This document shows positions 18,901-28,485 of a DNA stretch of 64,000 nucleotides, in pieces. The notes beneath the pieces were generated by a model. That model worked only from the letters and a program-made list of their open reading frames with translations, made no database searches and was not told the origin of the DNA. The translations under genes were made by a program, and so were the position numbers. The DNA is from Sphingomonas sp. (GTDB lineage: Bacteria; Pseudomonadota; Alphaproteobacteria; Sphingomonadales; Sphingomonadaceae): contig NZ_DASYHL010000005.1 in the NCBI RefSeq assembly GCF_035998645.1, forward strand, positions 807,487-871,486, in the 5' to 3' direction. Position 1 is the first letter of the stretch. The number at the start of each line of letters is the position of its first letter.

Positions 18901-20374
18901 CGAGGAGCTCTCGGATGACGTCTGCGAGATCCGGGTTGGTGAAGCGCTGCACGGCCGAGTATTCGGTGACGCTGCGGCCATGCGCTGGCTGAGCGAGCTG
19001 CTCGCAGGATTCCCGGAGGATCTGGACCCGCGTCTCGAGCGGCAACCGCGCGGGATCGCCGCCCTCAAAAAGGACCTCGGGAGCGAGGCACATGACCCGT
19101 TCAAGGATCCGCTGATCCAGGATCGCCAGCCAAGGGAGGATCGGACGCATCGTTGGGACGACGACCTCGATGCCGTATTGCCGGCGGAAGAACAGGTTCT
19201 CGACGCGCGCGCGCGATCCTTCGTCGATCAGCAGCGAATGAATCCATTCTGCGGTGAGGAACTCGCGGACCGACCGGTGGTGGAAGCGGACAGTACCGTA
19301 GATGCCTTCGTCGAAGATCGGCCTGGTGAGAAGCGTGCGGCAGTCCGCGTCGTCCCAGTCGGTCAGGACCTGCCTGATGTCGAGGCCGCGGTCGTTCTTC
19401 TGTCCGTCTGGGACGCGTACCGCCGATTCCTTGGCCAGGGTGGACGCCGCGGCGACAAGGCGTGCACCTTCGCGAATGCGTTTCTTCGAGATCGGGTTGG
19501 CGTCTGCACGGTCCTGGTCACGCTCCTCAAGACGCTTGTCGATGCTCGCGCGCAGCAGCTCGAGGCGCGAGCCGACGCGGCCGTTCGCGAGCCAAAACTC
19601 GATTGTCTCGGCGAGATCGAGCGGCCGAGTCGTGAACGACCACGCCTCCGCGCGGTCCAGCGCCTTCCTGAACGCGGCGACGTCAATGACACCCTTCGCG
19701 TCCGCGAAGCGATCGACCTGGTTGCCGGCGAGGTCATCGAGCGCGACCATGCGGAACACCGACTTGCGCTGCTTGGAGTTTGCGCCGTCGGTGGTGGTGA
19801 CTGCTTCGTCTGATTCCTGGTCTTCGCCGGGCGCGGTCACTGGCGGGGTCCAGGACAGGTTGGTCTCGCAGAGCAGTAGATCGGTCTTAGGCCGCCATGC
19901 TTCGCCCCGGCTGGTGATGACGATGTGCGCGCGCTGCAGGGCGCCGCGCAGCTTGCGGCCGATCGTCCTTATTGCCCGCTCGAAGTCCTTGGGATCCTTC
20001 AGCCGTGCCTCGTCCACGGAGTCGAGGAGCAGCCAGCCGTCCTCGCCGGACGCGATCCAATCCTCGAATTCCTCCTGTGTCCCTTCCTCGAACGACCCGT
20101 CGAAGTCGAGCGCCAGGTGCTCGATGCGGAGGAAGAAGGCACGCTTCCCGCGGTGCCGGAGATCCCGGCATACATGCCTGATCTCCTCCGTCTTCCCGGA
20201 CCCCGCCTCGGAAAGCAGCACGACGCGTGGTTCGGCGAGCAGGTCGGGCCACTGCGCGGGCTTTTCCCGGCGCATCAGCCGGAAAAGCTCGGTGTCCTTT
20301 CCCTCCTCCTCGTGCAGGGCGAGGTCATGGAAGGTGCGGTGAAGCTGTATGAACTCGTCTAGGTCGTACGACAC
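15983..20374 (-). CDS. Large STAND/NACHT-type NTPase with C-terminal PD-(D/E)xK-like nuclease; Avs2-like anti-phage candidate
   Basis: GTG at 20374 with GAGAGGG RBS; Walker A SEAGSGKT, Walker B LLLDSVDE, ITSR, RFHHRSVREFLTAEW; helical middle; C-terminal EEELADAKRPDL...PTELK. Confidence 0.7.
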   Translation of the reverse strand: MSYDLDEFIQLHRTFHDLALHEEEGKDTELFRLMRREKPAQWPDLLAEPRVVLLSEAGSGKTEEIRHVCRDLRHRGKRAFFLRIEHLALDFDGSFEEGTQEEFEDWIASGEDGWLLLDSVDEARLKDPKDFERAIRTIGRKLRGALQRAHIVITSRGEAWRPKTDLLLCETNLSWTPPVTAPGEDQESDEAVTTTDGANSKQRKSVFRMVALDDLAGNQVDRFADAKGVIDVAAFRKALDRAEAWSFTTRPLDLAETIEFWLANGRVGSRLELLRASIDKRLEERDQDRADANPISKKRIREGARLVAAASTLAKESAVRVPDGQKNDRGLDIRQVLTDWDDADCRTLLTRPIFDEGIYGTVRFHHRSVREFLTAEWIHSLLIDEGSRARVENLFFRRQYGIEVVVPTMRPILPWLAILDQRILERVMCLAPEVLFEGGDPARLPLETRVQILRESCEQLAQPAHGRSVTEYSAVQRFTNPDLADVIRELLENHKDDDDIVWFLMRMVQQGGIAALADKAKRFALTSRSKYARIAAVRAIVEVGTPEDVADVRMAFVAERPPLRRDWLGELLDGLGNAPADVDWLLSALAATEPKKQFETDPLANALSGYVASLPPSSLATLLEGISKLLNRKPVVEQRHCEISKRYSWLGQAAGQIVVKMIQGRNPETLKKPALSVLRKLPIAEDYGRSLFEEIRKDLPKLVQAWPELNRALFWYCVAEERSRKRKSGECLTDYWLVSIFGSYWAFSGPDFDYVAEQITGRPLKDDKLTALTLAVALYYQNGRLRAWRDRLKKAATIEPEIEAELAKLLNPPKGAGAKFKRQQAAWKRESDRRAAKEAKAKQRAKKILAGRIATVRNFGRPGLVSQDQAYLHDQMRETDGQHNRWTDGNWRSLIDEFGEDLAEAFRDGAVDYWRQNIPKLRSEGAAANTTPFTTIFGLTGLSIEARETENWPSGLNADQAEIATRYGLQELNGFPTWLPQLSKTFPSQVVDIIRREIMQELSTETAAGESHYALYDVSWSGDWIWDHIAPDLLPAIRAKRLNTRNLGYLLAIINRSSVDDKTIAAIASRKANATRNLTFSPIWFATWVGVDPDAAIPALAARFAGMNDPAEQTKLALAFVVALLGGRSQEGRARQAFRTVEHMKSLYLLMARYIRQEDDVQRAGKGVYSPGLRDDAQDARNALIAFIRETPGKPAFLALLEMARAHPDEGSRPWMGFHAKAKAAADADVDAWTPAQVREFGKSLVATPANHRELWYHAADKLDALKHDLENGDSSIASILQAIDQETEFRKFIGGWCRDHAAGRYVVPQEEELADAKRPDLRFFGVGFDAPVPTELKLADKWTGPHLFERLEVQLCGDYLRDVRSSRGIFLLVYLGTKSYWELPNGRRADTFEMLVDELQRHWTLISNDYPGVEDIRVIGIDLTKRGIDTKATKAAKAAKKAAKMSKPSSKKGHKNGKKRGQ

Positions 20375-20967
20375 TGAAGCCCTCTCTGGCCGGCCACTTC
20401 TTGGTCCCTCCCCCCAAACTTGCAGGCCTCGTTGACGTGCGGCCATGCCTTTTCATGTAGCACGACTGGCGTGTCTGCTCACGCGCGCGATTCATGTCCG
20501 CTTATGGAGCTTGCAGATAACTGTCAGAGTGTGAGACCTGTGCCGCGTTGTTGCCAGGCACCTTGGGATGGGCGAATGGCGGGTTCTGGAGGAAGCTGTC
20601 GTCCAAAGCCCAATCCGCAAACGACGCATTTTGGTCGGAAGCCGTCTTGCGTGGTCAGTCGATTGCCGCGGCAGCTTTCCAGAGTTGGCCCGCTGAACCG
20701 GCCAGTCCGAAATCGGCCCACGAGCTGCCGAGCTGGTTTCGGCACGAACCGCCAGTCTACAAAGCGCCCCATGATCGGACGTTCAGCCTGTCTCCGCACG
20801 CGCTCGAAACCGGGCGTTTTTTTATCTCACTTAGCCGGTGGTGCGGAAGACGGCCCTTAGAAGTTTGCGGCCGTTCCGACGTTGTGTGCCGACCGGCGGA
20901 TTGTGGTCAGGAGCCGACATCAAAGCAGGTGTGTGCGGGGTGCTCCGGCCCACTCCCACCCACGTCT

Positions 20968-21576
20968 CTAACGCGCGGCACGCTCCCGGATTTGTAAGCG
21001 TATCTCGGCAGTCCGACGTTCGGTTTCGGTCAGCCCCGCCATCATTCCGGCCAGTGGTGCATGCGTGCCGCCCTCGAACTCCAGCCCTGCGCATACCTCC
21101 AGCGCCTTGCGATACTCGGTCCACCGTTCCTGCGCGACCCCAAAGGCCTCGGTCTCCTCGTCGCTCAGCAGCAGCCGGAGATTCACCATGGCTTCCTCCA
21201 AGTTGGCATCGGCAACCCCAAAGTCCGCGCCGGTTCGCGCCTTCATCGCCACATTCGACAGAAAGGCCGCGTATGTGTCCGGCTCATCCTCGATGGCTTC
21301 GACTACTACGGTCGCGGCTGCACTAGTCGCCAAGCTTGGCTTCCGCATAATCTTCTCGAACTGACGAACCTCGTCCAGCGTCGTGCCGCTGGCTTTCAAC
21401 TTCGCGGCTAGGTCCGCCACGCTGTTGAGGTATGCGGCCTGCTCCTGTTTTGGAGCGCCAGTCCACCAGCGATGAATTAAAAACGTGAACCCGCGTCCAA
21501 ACCAGCCGACTAGCCCCGCGACCAAGGTGATTGCGGCGACGATGAGGGTTGCTTGGGGGGCTGTGACCTGGAGCAT
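20968..21576 (-). CDS. Membrane-anchored LprI/DUF1311-like protein
   Basis: N-terminal TM; C-terminal AQERWTEYRKALEVC matches the LprI AQxxWxxYRxxxC pattern. Confidence 0.6.
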   Translation of the reverse strand: MLQVTAPQATLIVAAITLVAGLVGWFGRGFTFLIHRWWTGAPKQEQAAYLNSVADLAAKLKASGTTLDEVRQFEKIMRKPSLATSAAATVVVEAIEDEPDTYAAFLSNVAMKARTGADFGVADANLEEAMVNLRLLLSDEETEAFGVAQERWTEYRKALEVCAGLEFEGGTHAPLAGMMAGLTETERRTAEIRLQIRERAAR

Positions 21577-21660
21577 GTCTCAAGCTATCGTGTGCGGCGG
21601 CGCTTGGCGACCGTTCTACAGCACCGAGGTTAGGCCCCGCCTTGTTGGTTGAATAAGGAT

Positions 21661-21675
21661 GTTCTATCTTCGTTC
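21661..21675 (+). promoter_or_regulatory. Alphaproteobacterial LexA (SOS) box
   Basis: GTTC-TATCTTC-GTTC, 24 bp upstream of the ATG at 21700. Confidence 0.6.
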
Positions 21676-21699
21676 GATCAGCGGGGACGACGCGAGCGC

Positions 21700-24600
21700 A
21701 TGCCATTGGATCCAGTGACGACGACCATTGCGAAGGCGGCTGCGGCTCCAGCGGCTAAGCTCGGCCTCGATTTCATGAAGATTCAACTGGGGCGTCGGAA
21801 CGCACCTTTCGCGGACCTCGAAACGCTTCGAGGCGCTGACACGGAGCTGGACGAAGCAATATCGGTCCTGACCGGCAAGGCTGGTGGACTACCAGCCTCG
21901 CTCCTCGCGAAGCTTAAGGGCGTGATCTCGGACCGACCCGACAGCTTCGCTGACGCGGATTCGCGGCGGTTCCTCGAGGATTCTCGTGTCGTCAATCTGG
22001 TCAAGTCGGGAGCCCGACGCACGGTTCGCGGAGAGGACGTCGAGGAGGAGCGCGCGAAGGCGCGCGAGCTGCATGCCGAGATCTTCGGTGAGGACGGCAT
22101 CTACGGCGAGACACTGATCGAGGACGCGATCGCATTCGGCGCGCTTACGCTTCTCGCCCATCTGACCCCAGCCGACCGGCAGGTGGTCGAGCTGGTCTCC
22201 GACCTGCGGGCCGAGGTGCAAGAAGGCTTCGCGGAGGTCATCGACGCTTTCGAGGCGACAAAGGCCGCCATCGACGGCCGTCCGCTCGACGCCGCTCCGT
22301 TCGACGAGGTGGTTCGCAAGAAGCTGCGACAGCTGCGTCGTCGCCGAATGCTGCCTCAGCTGAAGCTCCCTGACGAGGCGGTTGCCCTCGGCGAACGGGT
22401 GGACAGCGGCCTCAGGCTGGCTTCTCCCGATATCCGAGGCGAGGTTTATAGAGAAGCCGCAGCGCTTCTCATTCGGGCAGATCGTACACCGGAAGCATCT
22501 CCATGGATCGCGAAGGCGAAGGCCGTCGGAGCGGACGTAACCTGCGAAGAGGCGAGGATCGCGACCTCCGAAGACCGCTGCGACGAAGCGCTCCGGATGC
22601 TGCGAGATCGGACGGACGCGCTTGCTCGCGGCCTCCTCTTGGACGCCATCGCCCGTCGCGACGGAGACGTCGCCGCGATCGCATACTTCGAGGAAAATCT
22701 CACCGCAGCCGACCTCACCGGCCATGCGCTTCAAGCGACATCGATGCGTCTCCTGGCGGCCGATCGCGACGGCGACGCGGCCACTCTGCTGGACCAGGCC
22801 ACGGGCGGACAGATCGACGAGAATCCGATGCTGCTATACCTGCGAGCCGGGCTCTCGCTGGCGAAGGCGCTGCCGCCCGACATCGCGAAGCGACTGCTAG
22901 ATAACGATGGCTTCCTTCCGCGCGTGTCCGATCTTCACGACGACGCTGAGGGACGGCGCAACCTGAAGAGAGCGGAGGCCGACCTCGCGGCTCTGACGCG
23001 GGCGCTGCCGGATCTAGAGGCGCCGGACCTCGCCGATCTCGTCGAGATCAAGCTCACCGCATTGAGACTATGCTCCTCCGACGAGACCACGCGGGAGTTG
23101 GCACGATCCGGGCTGGTGGCGAACATGGCGGACGTGGACCGAGCGGTCATGCTCGCACCGATCGCCAAGCAGTATGGCGTGAAGGTGGATTGGGCCGCGC
23201 TGAAGGCGAAGCTCTCGAAGGCCGAAGCCCTTGGCGGTCTCGACGACATGCAGCTCCGCGCCGCCTTCACCATTGTCATGGACGAAGGCGATCCTGCGAC
23301 GATCGCGGACTTCGTCCACCGACACCGCGCCAAGCTCGAGCACTACGTGCTGAACGAGAGCATCGTCGCGCTCGAAATCGAAGCGCTGGCGAAGTCGGAC
23401 AGGCTGGACGACGCGAAGGCGCTGCTAGCAGCCGAGCGGGAGATGATTGGCGAGACCGGAGCGAAGTTTCTCGAGACGACATTCGCGGAGCTGGAAGGCG
23501 CGGATACTGTTCAGCAGCGCCTGGAACAATTCGAGGCTTCGGGATCCACCCATGACCTCGAAATACTCGTCGAGGTCATGCGGCGTCGACGCGATCGCAG
23601 GCTGGGCGACTATCTCGAAAAGCTGTGGCGCATCAGCCGGCAGATCTCGGATGCGCGACGCGCGTGCGAAACGCATCTCCAGCAGGGCGAAGAGCTCAAG
23701 GCTGAGACCTTTCTCGAGGAGATCGGCGACGTCGCTCTTGGCGATCCGCGGCTGCGAACACACCTCGCCTGGACCCGATACCGCCAGGGACGCCTGGACG
23801 ACGCCGAAGCGGAACTGGTCAGCCTGCAATACATGGGGGTCGACGACGCCAACACGCGCCGTCTTCGCGTGCTTCTCCTGGTCGAGACCGGTCGGTGGAA
23901 CGAACTGGAGCCGTATGTCCAGAACGAGCTGGCCGAACGCGAAGAAAGGTCTGCCGACGACCTGATCGTGACGGCCGACGTCGCCCGCGCGATAGGCAGC
24001 GGCACCACGATGGACCTCCTGCGCGCGTCGACGGCCAAGGACCCGAACGACGCCCGGATTGCCGTGCAGGCCTACATGATCGCCACCGGGGCGGGTCTGG
24101 AGAGGAATCCGGAGGTCGGCGACTGGTGGACCGCCGCGATAGCGGACAAGGAGAGCAGCGGACTCGTCGAGAAGACCGATTTCAACGAACTGATCGATCA
24201 CGTCACCGGTTCGAGAGCCGAGGCAGAGCGGATCAGCGGCATGATCAATTCGGCAGCTGTCCCGATTTTCCTAGGCTTGGGAGCGCTCGGCGGCACGCAG
24301 AGCGAGCTGGTGATCCGGCAGATGGGTGCCAACGCTCGCCAGTCGGACAGCCGACGTCGCAGCGTCGTCCCTCTATTCGCAGGCAACAGAATGCTTCGCG
24401 TGGACCTACGACCGAAATCCATCTCGCTCGATCCGATATCGATCCTGCTGCTGGATCAGCTGGGTCTACTGAACACGGTGATCGACGCCTTCGAGGATGT
24501 CGTCCTGCCTTCCGGCACGCTGCACACCTTCTTCGAGGACCGCAGCAAGGCTTCGCACACCCAGCCAAGCCGCGTCGCTCAGGCCAGACGCATCCGTGAC

Positions 24601-25950
24601 GCCATCTCGACCGGGGTCCTCAAGGTGCACGACGGAAGCGCGCCGTCACGTGAGCACGACGTGGATGAGGAATTCTCGACGCTCTTTGCCGCCGCCGAGG
24701 CCCAGGACGGCTTCGTCGTCGACACTGCGCCCCTGCATCCGCCAAGCATTGTCGACACTGTCGTCGACCCCGCTCCTTACGCGCACCGCCTTCTCAGCCC
24801 TGTCGGACTGGTCGCCGCGCTGCATTCTGCTGGGACCGTGAGCCGCACCGTCGCCATCGCCGCCGAGACCGCGGTCGCTGGCAGCGGCAGCACCTTCCCC
24901 AGCGAGGCGGTGCCGCCGCGCGGCAAGCCGATCTTCCTGGCCAACATCGCCGTCCAGTATCTGAGCGACGCCAACCTTCTTCACGAAATCAGGGCGCACG
25001 CAGGCGAAATCTACACGTCGCGCGAGACGATGGATCTGGCCGATCGGGAGATCGCCGCGGCGGCCGCCGCAGAAGAGGTGGCAGCAGGGATCGAACGCGT
25101 TCGCGACACTCTGTCCCGCGCGATCAGCGAGGGGCGAGCGCGCGTCGGGCCGGCAAGACGCACGAAGGACGAGCTCGACCGCGAGGAACGCCGCGGCGAT
25201 CGCGCCGTCCGAATGAGCCCGGTCGTGAGCGTGCTGCGCGATGCAGCTGGGGTCGACGCTTTCGTCTGCGACGACCGCGGCATGAACAAGTATCTCGAAA
25301 TCACGCCGCAGAAGGGCGCCAGCGTGCCCCTCCTCACGACGACGGACATCCTCGCGATCCTGCACGCCAGAAAGGTCATCGACGACGACGCGGTCGACGC
25401 CGCACGAGAGAGAATCCGGCGCTCGGGAGCAGGACTGATGCTCGTCGATCCCGACGAGATGCGGCGCGCGGTCAGAGACAGCAACTGGAGCGTAGGACCG
25501 AATGCCGAGATGCGTGCAATCAGGGATTCGATCCATCTGCCTATCGCTCGCAGGATACTCCAGCTCCCCGAAGAGCGGATCTGGCTTCGTGCGACATCTC
25601 TCTCGATCGCTTATGCGATGCGGAACGCCTGGATCGAGATCGAGGACGACGACGACGCCGAGCGCGCCGCCAACTATCTGTTCGACATGCTTCCAGACCC
25701 TGCGGCGCTGAGCGCCAGCGACGAATCTCCAGATCGCCAGGCCTGGGTCAGCGAGCTCACGCGCTTCTTCGTCTGGGCGGTAGCGGCAATGTTCGACCTG
25801 CGCGACAGCCGGGTCGAGCGCCATCGCTTCTGGTTCGAGAGCCGGATCGAACTGATGGCGGAGCAGCGTGACCCCGGTGCGATTGAGGCCGTCGCCAAGA
25901 GTCTCTACGCCTCCATGACGGGCCCAATGGACCTTGACGATGACGACTGA
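21700..25950 (+). CDS. 1416-aa helical-repeat (TPR-like) protein with C-terminal PIN-like domain(s); defence candidate
   Basis: TPR-like helices (AWTRYRQGRLDDAEAEL, AYFEE); PIN-like ISLDPISILLLDQLGLLNTVIDAFEDVVLP, a second PIN-like block IFLANIAVQYL, and AFVCDDRGM/LLTTTDILAIL. Confidence 0.6.
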   Translation: MPLDPVTTTIAKAAAAPAAKLGLDFMKIQLGRRNAPFADLETLRGADTELDEAISVLTGKAGGLPASLLAKLKGVISDRPDSFADADSRRFLEDSRVVNLVKSGARRTVRGEDVEEERAKARELHAEIFGEDGIYGETLIEDAIAFGALTLLAHLTPADRQVVELVSDLRAEVQEGFAEVIDAFEATKAAIDGRPLDAAPFDEVVRKKLRQLRRRRMLPQLKLPDEAVALGERVDSGLRLASPDIRGEVYREAAALLIRADRTPEASPWIAKAKAVGADVTCEEARIATSEDRCDEALRMLRDRTDALARGLLLDAIARRDGDVAAIAYFEENLTAADLTGHALQATSMRLLAADRDGDAATLLDQATGGQIDENPMLLYLRAGLSLAKALPPDIAKRLLDNDGFLPRVSDLHDDAEGRRNLKRAEADLAALTRALPDLEAPDLADLVEIKLTALRLCSSDETTRELARSGLVANMADVDRAVMLAPIAKQYGVKVDWAALKAKLSKAEALGGLDDMQLRAAFTIVMDEGDPATIADFVHRHRAKLEHYVLNESIVALEIEALAKSDRLDDAKALLAAEREMIGETGAKFLETTFAELEGADTVQQRLEQFEASGSTHDLEILVEVMRRRRDRRLGDYLEKLWRISRQISDARRACETHLQQGEELKAETFLEEIGDVALGDPRLRTHLAWTRYRQGRLDDAEAELVSLQYMGVDDANTRRLRVLLLVETGRWNELEPYVQNELAEREERSADDLIVTADVARAIGSGTTMDLLRASTAKDPNDARIAVQAYMIATGAGLERNPEVGDWWTAAIADKESSGLVEKTDFNELIDHVTGSRAEAERISGMINSAAVPIFLGLGALGGTQSELVIRQMGANARQSDSRRRSVVPLFAGNRMLRVDLRPKSISLDPISILLLDQLGLLNTVIDAFEDVVLPSGTLHTFFEDRSKASHTQPSRVAQARRIRDAISTGVLKVHDGSAPSREHDVDEEFSTLFAAAEAQDGFVVDTAPLHPPSIVDTVVDPAPYAHRLLSPVGLVAALHSAGTVSRTVAIAAETAVAGSGSTFPSEAVPPRGKPIFLANIAVQYLSDANLLHEIRAHAGEIYTSRETMDLADREIAAAAAAEEVAAGIERVRDTLSRAISEGRARVGPARRTKDELDREERRGDRAVRMSPVVSVLRDAAGVDAFVCDDRGMNKYLEITPQKGASVPLLTTTDILAILHARKVIDDDAVDAARERIRRSGAGLMLVDPDEMRRAVRDSNWSVGPNAEMRAIRDSIHLPIARRILQLPEERIWLRATSLSIAYAMRNAWIEIEDDDDAERAANYLFDMLPDPAALSASDESPDRQAWVSELTRFFVWAVAAMFDLRDSRVERHRFWFESRIELMAEQRDPGAIEAVAKSLYASMTGPMDLDDDD

Positions 25951-27892
25951 AGAACGACCGCCACTGGACGAGGGCACGCGCGCCTTCGTCGTCACCATGT
26001 TGCAGAAGATGCCGGAGTCGATCAGCTCCGTCATCCTGGCGGATGAGGCGGCACGCCGGGATCTCGCGCTGCCGGTCGAGGAATCAATCCGAATTTTCGA
26101 CCGACGTTTCTCTCGACGCGCGGTGTTCGACGCGCTGCACGAGGTCGCGAACGGGCGAAAGGCCGAGCTGTCGTCGTCGGAAGGGAAGCTGACAGTCGAC
26201 GAGTCTTCCCTGAGGGACGACGGGAGCGCGATCCTCGTGGCCGGAGGGGAAGGCGCGCGTTTCCGCAATGTGGGACTGATGAGCGACGAGGCGGCGGTCA
26301 GGAGCAGGACGCTCGCCGCCCTGCTTCTCGACGAGGACCTGAGCGAGGAAGAAGAGAGGGGTATCAGGGCAGCAGTCGATGCAGGACCGATCGGCGAGGA
26401 TGCGCTTTCGGACCTTGAGACGCTCGTCAAGGCTACGCCCAAGGCCGTCTACCGCAATCTGGTCGGCGGCTCGGACGACGACGTCCGCTTCGACGAGCTC
26501 GTCCCCGGGGACCGGGAGTTCTTCAAGAAGCTGCTTGGCAGCGAGCCCCCAGCCACGCTCGGTGCTTACCGCGGGGAATGGCTGGTGGCTGCCGCATCGC
26601 TAGACCCGGTGCGGCGCGCGCGGTGGATCGCGCTGACGACACCGATCGCGATCCTGAAGGGCGATCTCATAGTTCCGGTGGTCAAGGATCTGGATCGCGA
26701 GGTCCGACTGAGGCTGGCCCGCTTCCTGAGCGGGGCCGCCGATCCCTTCAGCCAGGTCGCCGCCGTCCAGATTGCCGTCGCGGAGCATTCAGACGAGGAC
26801 TTCCGCGCCGTGGGCGACGAGCTTATCCCCCGCCTGCTCGACCGCAGTCACGAGCGGACGGCCGCTTCCCTTTCCTTTCTGTCGTCCGCCACCGTCCTCA
26901 CCGGCGCGGTGACCGCGCGGCGCAGGATCCTCGATGGCTGGCCCGTCTACGCCAAGCGCCTTGCCACTCATCTCCACGCCAGCCTCATCGTCCGCACCTT
27001 CGGCATTGAGCGCATCGACGTCGAGGACATGCAGCGGATGGTGGGGCGATCCCTCACGCAGAACCATCGGCTCGTCGAGCTGTGCGACGCAAGGTCGGTT
27101 CCGCACAATCTCTGGAGCGCTCCCTCCGCGGAGCGCATACATTCGGCCGTAGTGTCGCGCGTCATTCAGGCGCTCGACCTCATTCCAGAGAACGACCGGC
27201 CCTCGAACTGGATCGAAGCGATCGACAAGGTCGTCGAGACTATCACGTCCGGACCCGAGAGGCTGCCTCACATGGCGCCGGGACCGTTCGATCCGTTCGA
27301 GGACGACTGGAGCGGACTGATCGAGCTCGACAAAAAATCTGCCGAGGAGCTGGTCACCCGCATGATCGCGAAGGAGGTTCCGCAGCACACGGTCAGCGAC
27401 ATCTACAACCTCGTCGTCGCCTTTGACCTTGGATCCGAGGAGCGTGGCGCCGTCTCGCAGAAGCTGCCTGACTTCCTGGAAACCCTTCCCGACGACGGCT
27501 TCACCGTCGCCGTCGACTTCGCGCTCCAGCTTGCCGCGCGCTGGAAGATGTCGCAGCTCGGGGAGCGGCTGATCGACATGTCGTTGGCCCGCGCACGCTC
27601 GGACGGTTTGAAGAACCTGAGCGCGGGTCCGACGTTCAGCCTTCTCGCCGCTGCCAGCAACACCGATCCGGAGGTGTGGTCCCACAAGACCGGCGAATAC
27701 ATGAGCGGCTTCGCGTTCGCGCTGCGACCCGGCCCGGCGATCAGGAACATGATCGCGGCCATCGATCTGATAGGCGACTTCTCCCCCGCGCTGCAGCCGG
27801 CACTGACCTCGGCCAGATCGTTCGCCATGCTGGCGCTGGACGAAGTCCCGCCAGCTCCCGCGCCTCAATCCCTCGAGGTCGACGTAGACTAA
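25940..27892 (+). CDS. 650-aa helical hypothetical protein coupled to the TPR/PIN gene
   Basis: Long ORF; its ATG at 25940 overlaps the upstream stop by 11 nt; same codon style; no catalytic motif recognised. Confidence 0.75.
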   Translation: MTTEERPPLDEGTRAFVVTMLQKMPESISSVILADEAARRDLALPVEESIRIFDRRFSRRAVFDALHEVANGRKAELSSSEGKLTVDESSLRDDGSAILVAGGEGARFRNVGLMSDEAAVRSRTLAALLLDEDLSEEEERGIRAAVDAGPIGEDALSDLETLVKATPKAVYRNLVGGSDDDVRFDELVPGDREFFKKLLGSEPPATLGAYRGEWLVAAASLDPVRRARWIALTTPIAILKGDLIVPVVKDLDREVRLRLARFLSGAADPFSQVAAVQIAVAEHSDEDFRAVGDELIPRLLDRSHERTAASLSFLSSATVLTGAVTARRRILDGWPVYAKRLATHLHASLIVRTFGIERIDVEDMQRMVGRSLTQNHRLVELCDARSVPHNLWSAPSAERIHSAVVSRVIQALDLIPENDRPSNWIEAIDKVVETITSGPERLPHMAPGPFDPFEDDWSGLIELDKKSAEELVTRMIAKEVPQHTVSDIYNLVVAFDLGSEERGAVSQKLPDFLETLPDDGFTVAVDFALQLAARWKMSQLGERLIDMSLARARSDGLKNLSAGPTFSLLAAASNTDPEVWSHKTGEYMSGFAFALRPGPAIRNMIAAIDLIGDFSPALQPALTSARSFAMLALDEVPPAPAPQSLEVDVD

Positions 27893-28418
27893 TCTAGGGC
27901 TGCGGTGCGCTTCGTCTCCAATCCGGGATGCGCTGGTCCCGCTGCAGGCGCAGCCGTCGCCAGTCCAGGGCCGCGAAGATCTCATCGGCGCCGCCATCGC
28001 GGGCGACGGGAGGTGCCGCGGCGACCTCGCGCAGGAAGCGGGGGCCAAGCGCGTCATCGTAGAGGTAGGCCCGCTCCCACGAGCCGAAGCTGTCGGTCAC
28101 ATCAGCGGCTCCAAGTCTGTTGAGTTGGTCGGCAACTATCGTCTGGAATTTTCGACCGGCAGTGGCAGCTATCGCCCGTTGGGCACATGGAAGCTGCGAG
28201 TCCGCAAACGGCCCAAGAGCCGACACGCGACTCTCGATTGAGCGATTGAGCGATGGCCATGTCTCGCAACCTAACGCCGAGCCGAAACTGCGAAGCGTGA
28301 CTCATTGACAATGCCGGCAGCACAATCGCGTGTATTCAGCCGGGTCGCCAAGCGTCGGATTCCCGGCGGCTCCCGCCCCCACGATCCAAGCCAGCTCAGG
28401 CAAACCACGTTGCCTCAC

Positions 28419-28433
28419 GTTCACTTTATGTTC
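28419..28433 (+). promoter_or_regulatory. LexA (SOS) box
   Basis: GTTC-ACTTTAT-GTTC, about 50 bp upstream of the ATG at 28486. Confidence 0.65.
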
Positions 28434-28485
28434 TATCGCACTCCCCACCGCGATTCGCGGCCGTTGACATCGATGGAGCCTGAGC

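Noticed and set aside
19302-20342. 346-aa and other plus-strand ORFs opposite the STAND gene
   Set aside because: Shadow frames with Ser/Arg-rich composition.
20799-20823. Hairpin followed by a T-run on the plus strand
   Set aside because: Terminator-like, but no plus-strand gene ends nearby; may belong to the degenerate repeat patch.
24646-26442. 598-aa minus-strand ORF
   Set aside because: Antisense shadow of the TPR/PIN gene and its partner; Ser/Arg/Ala-rich with no motifs. Typical of high-GC DNA.
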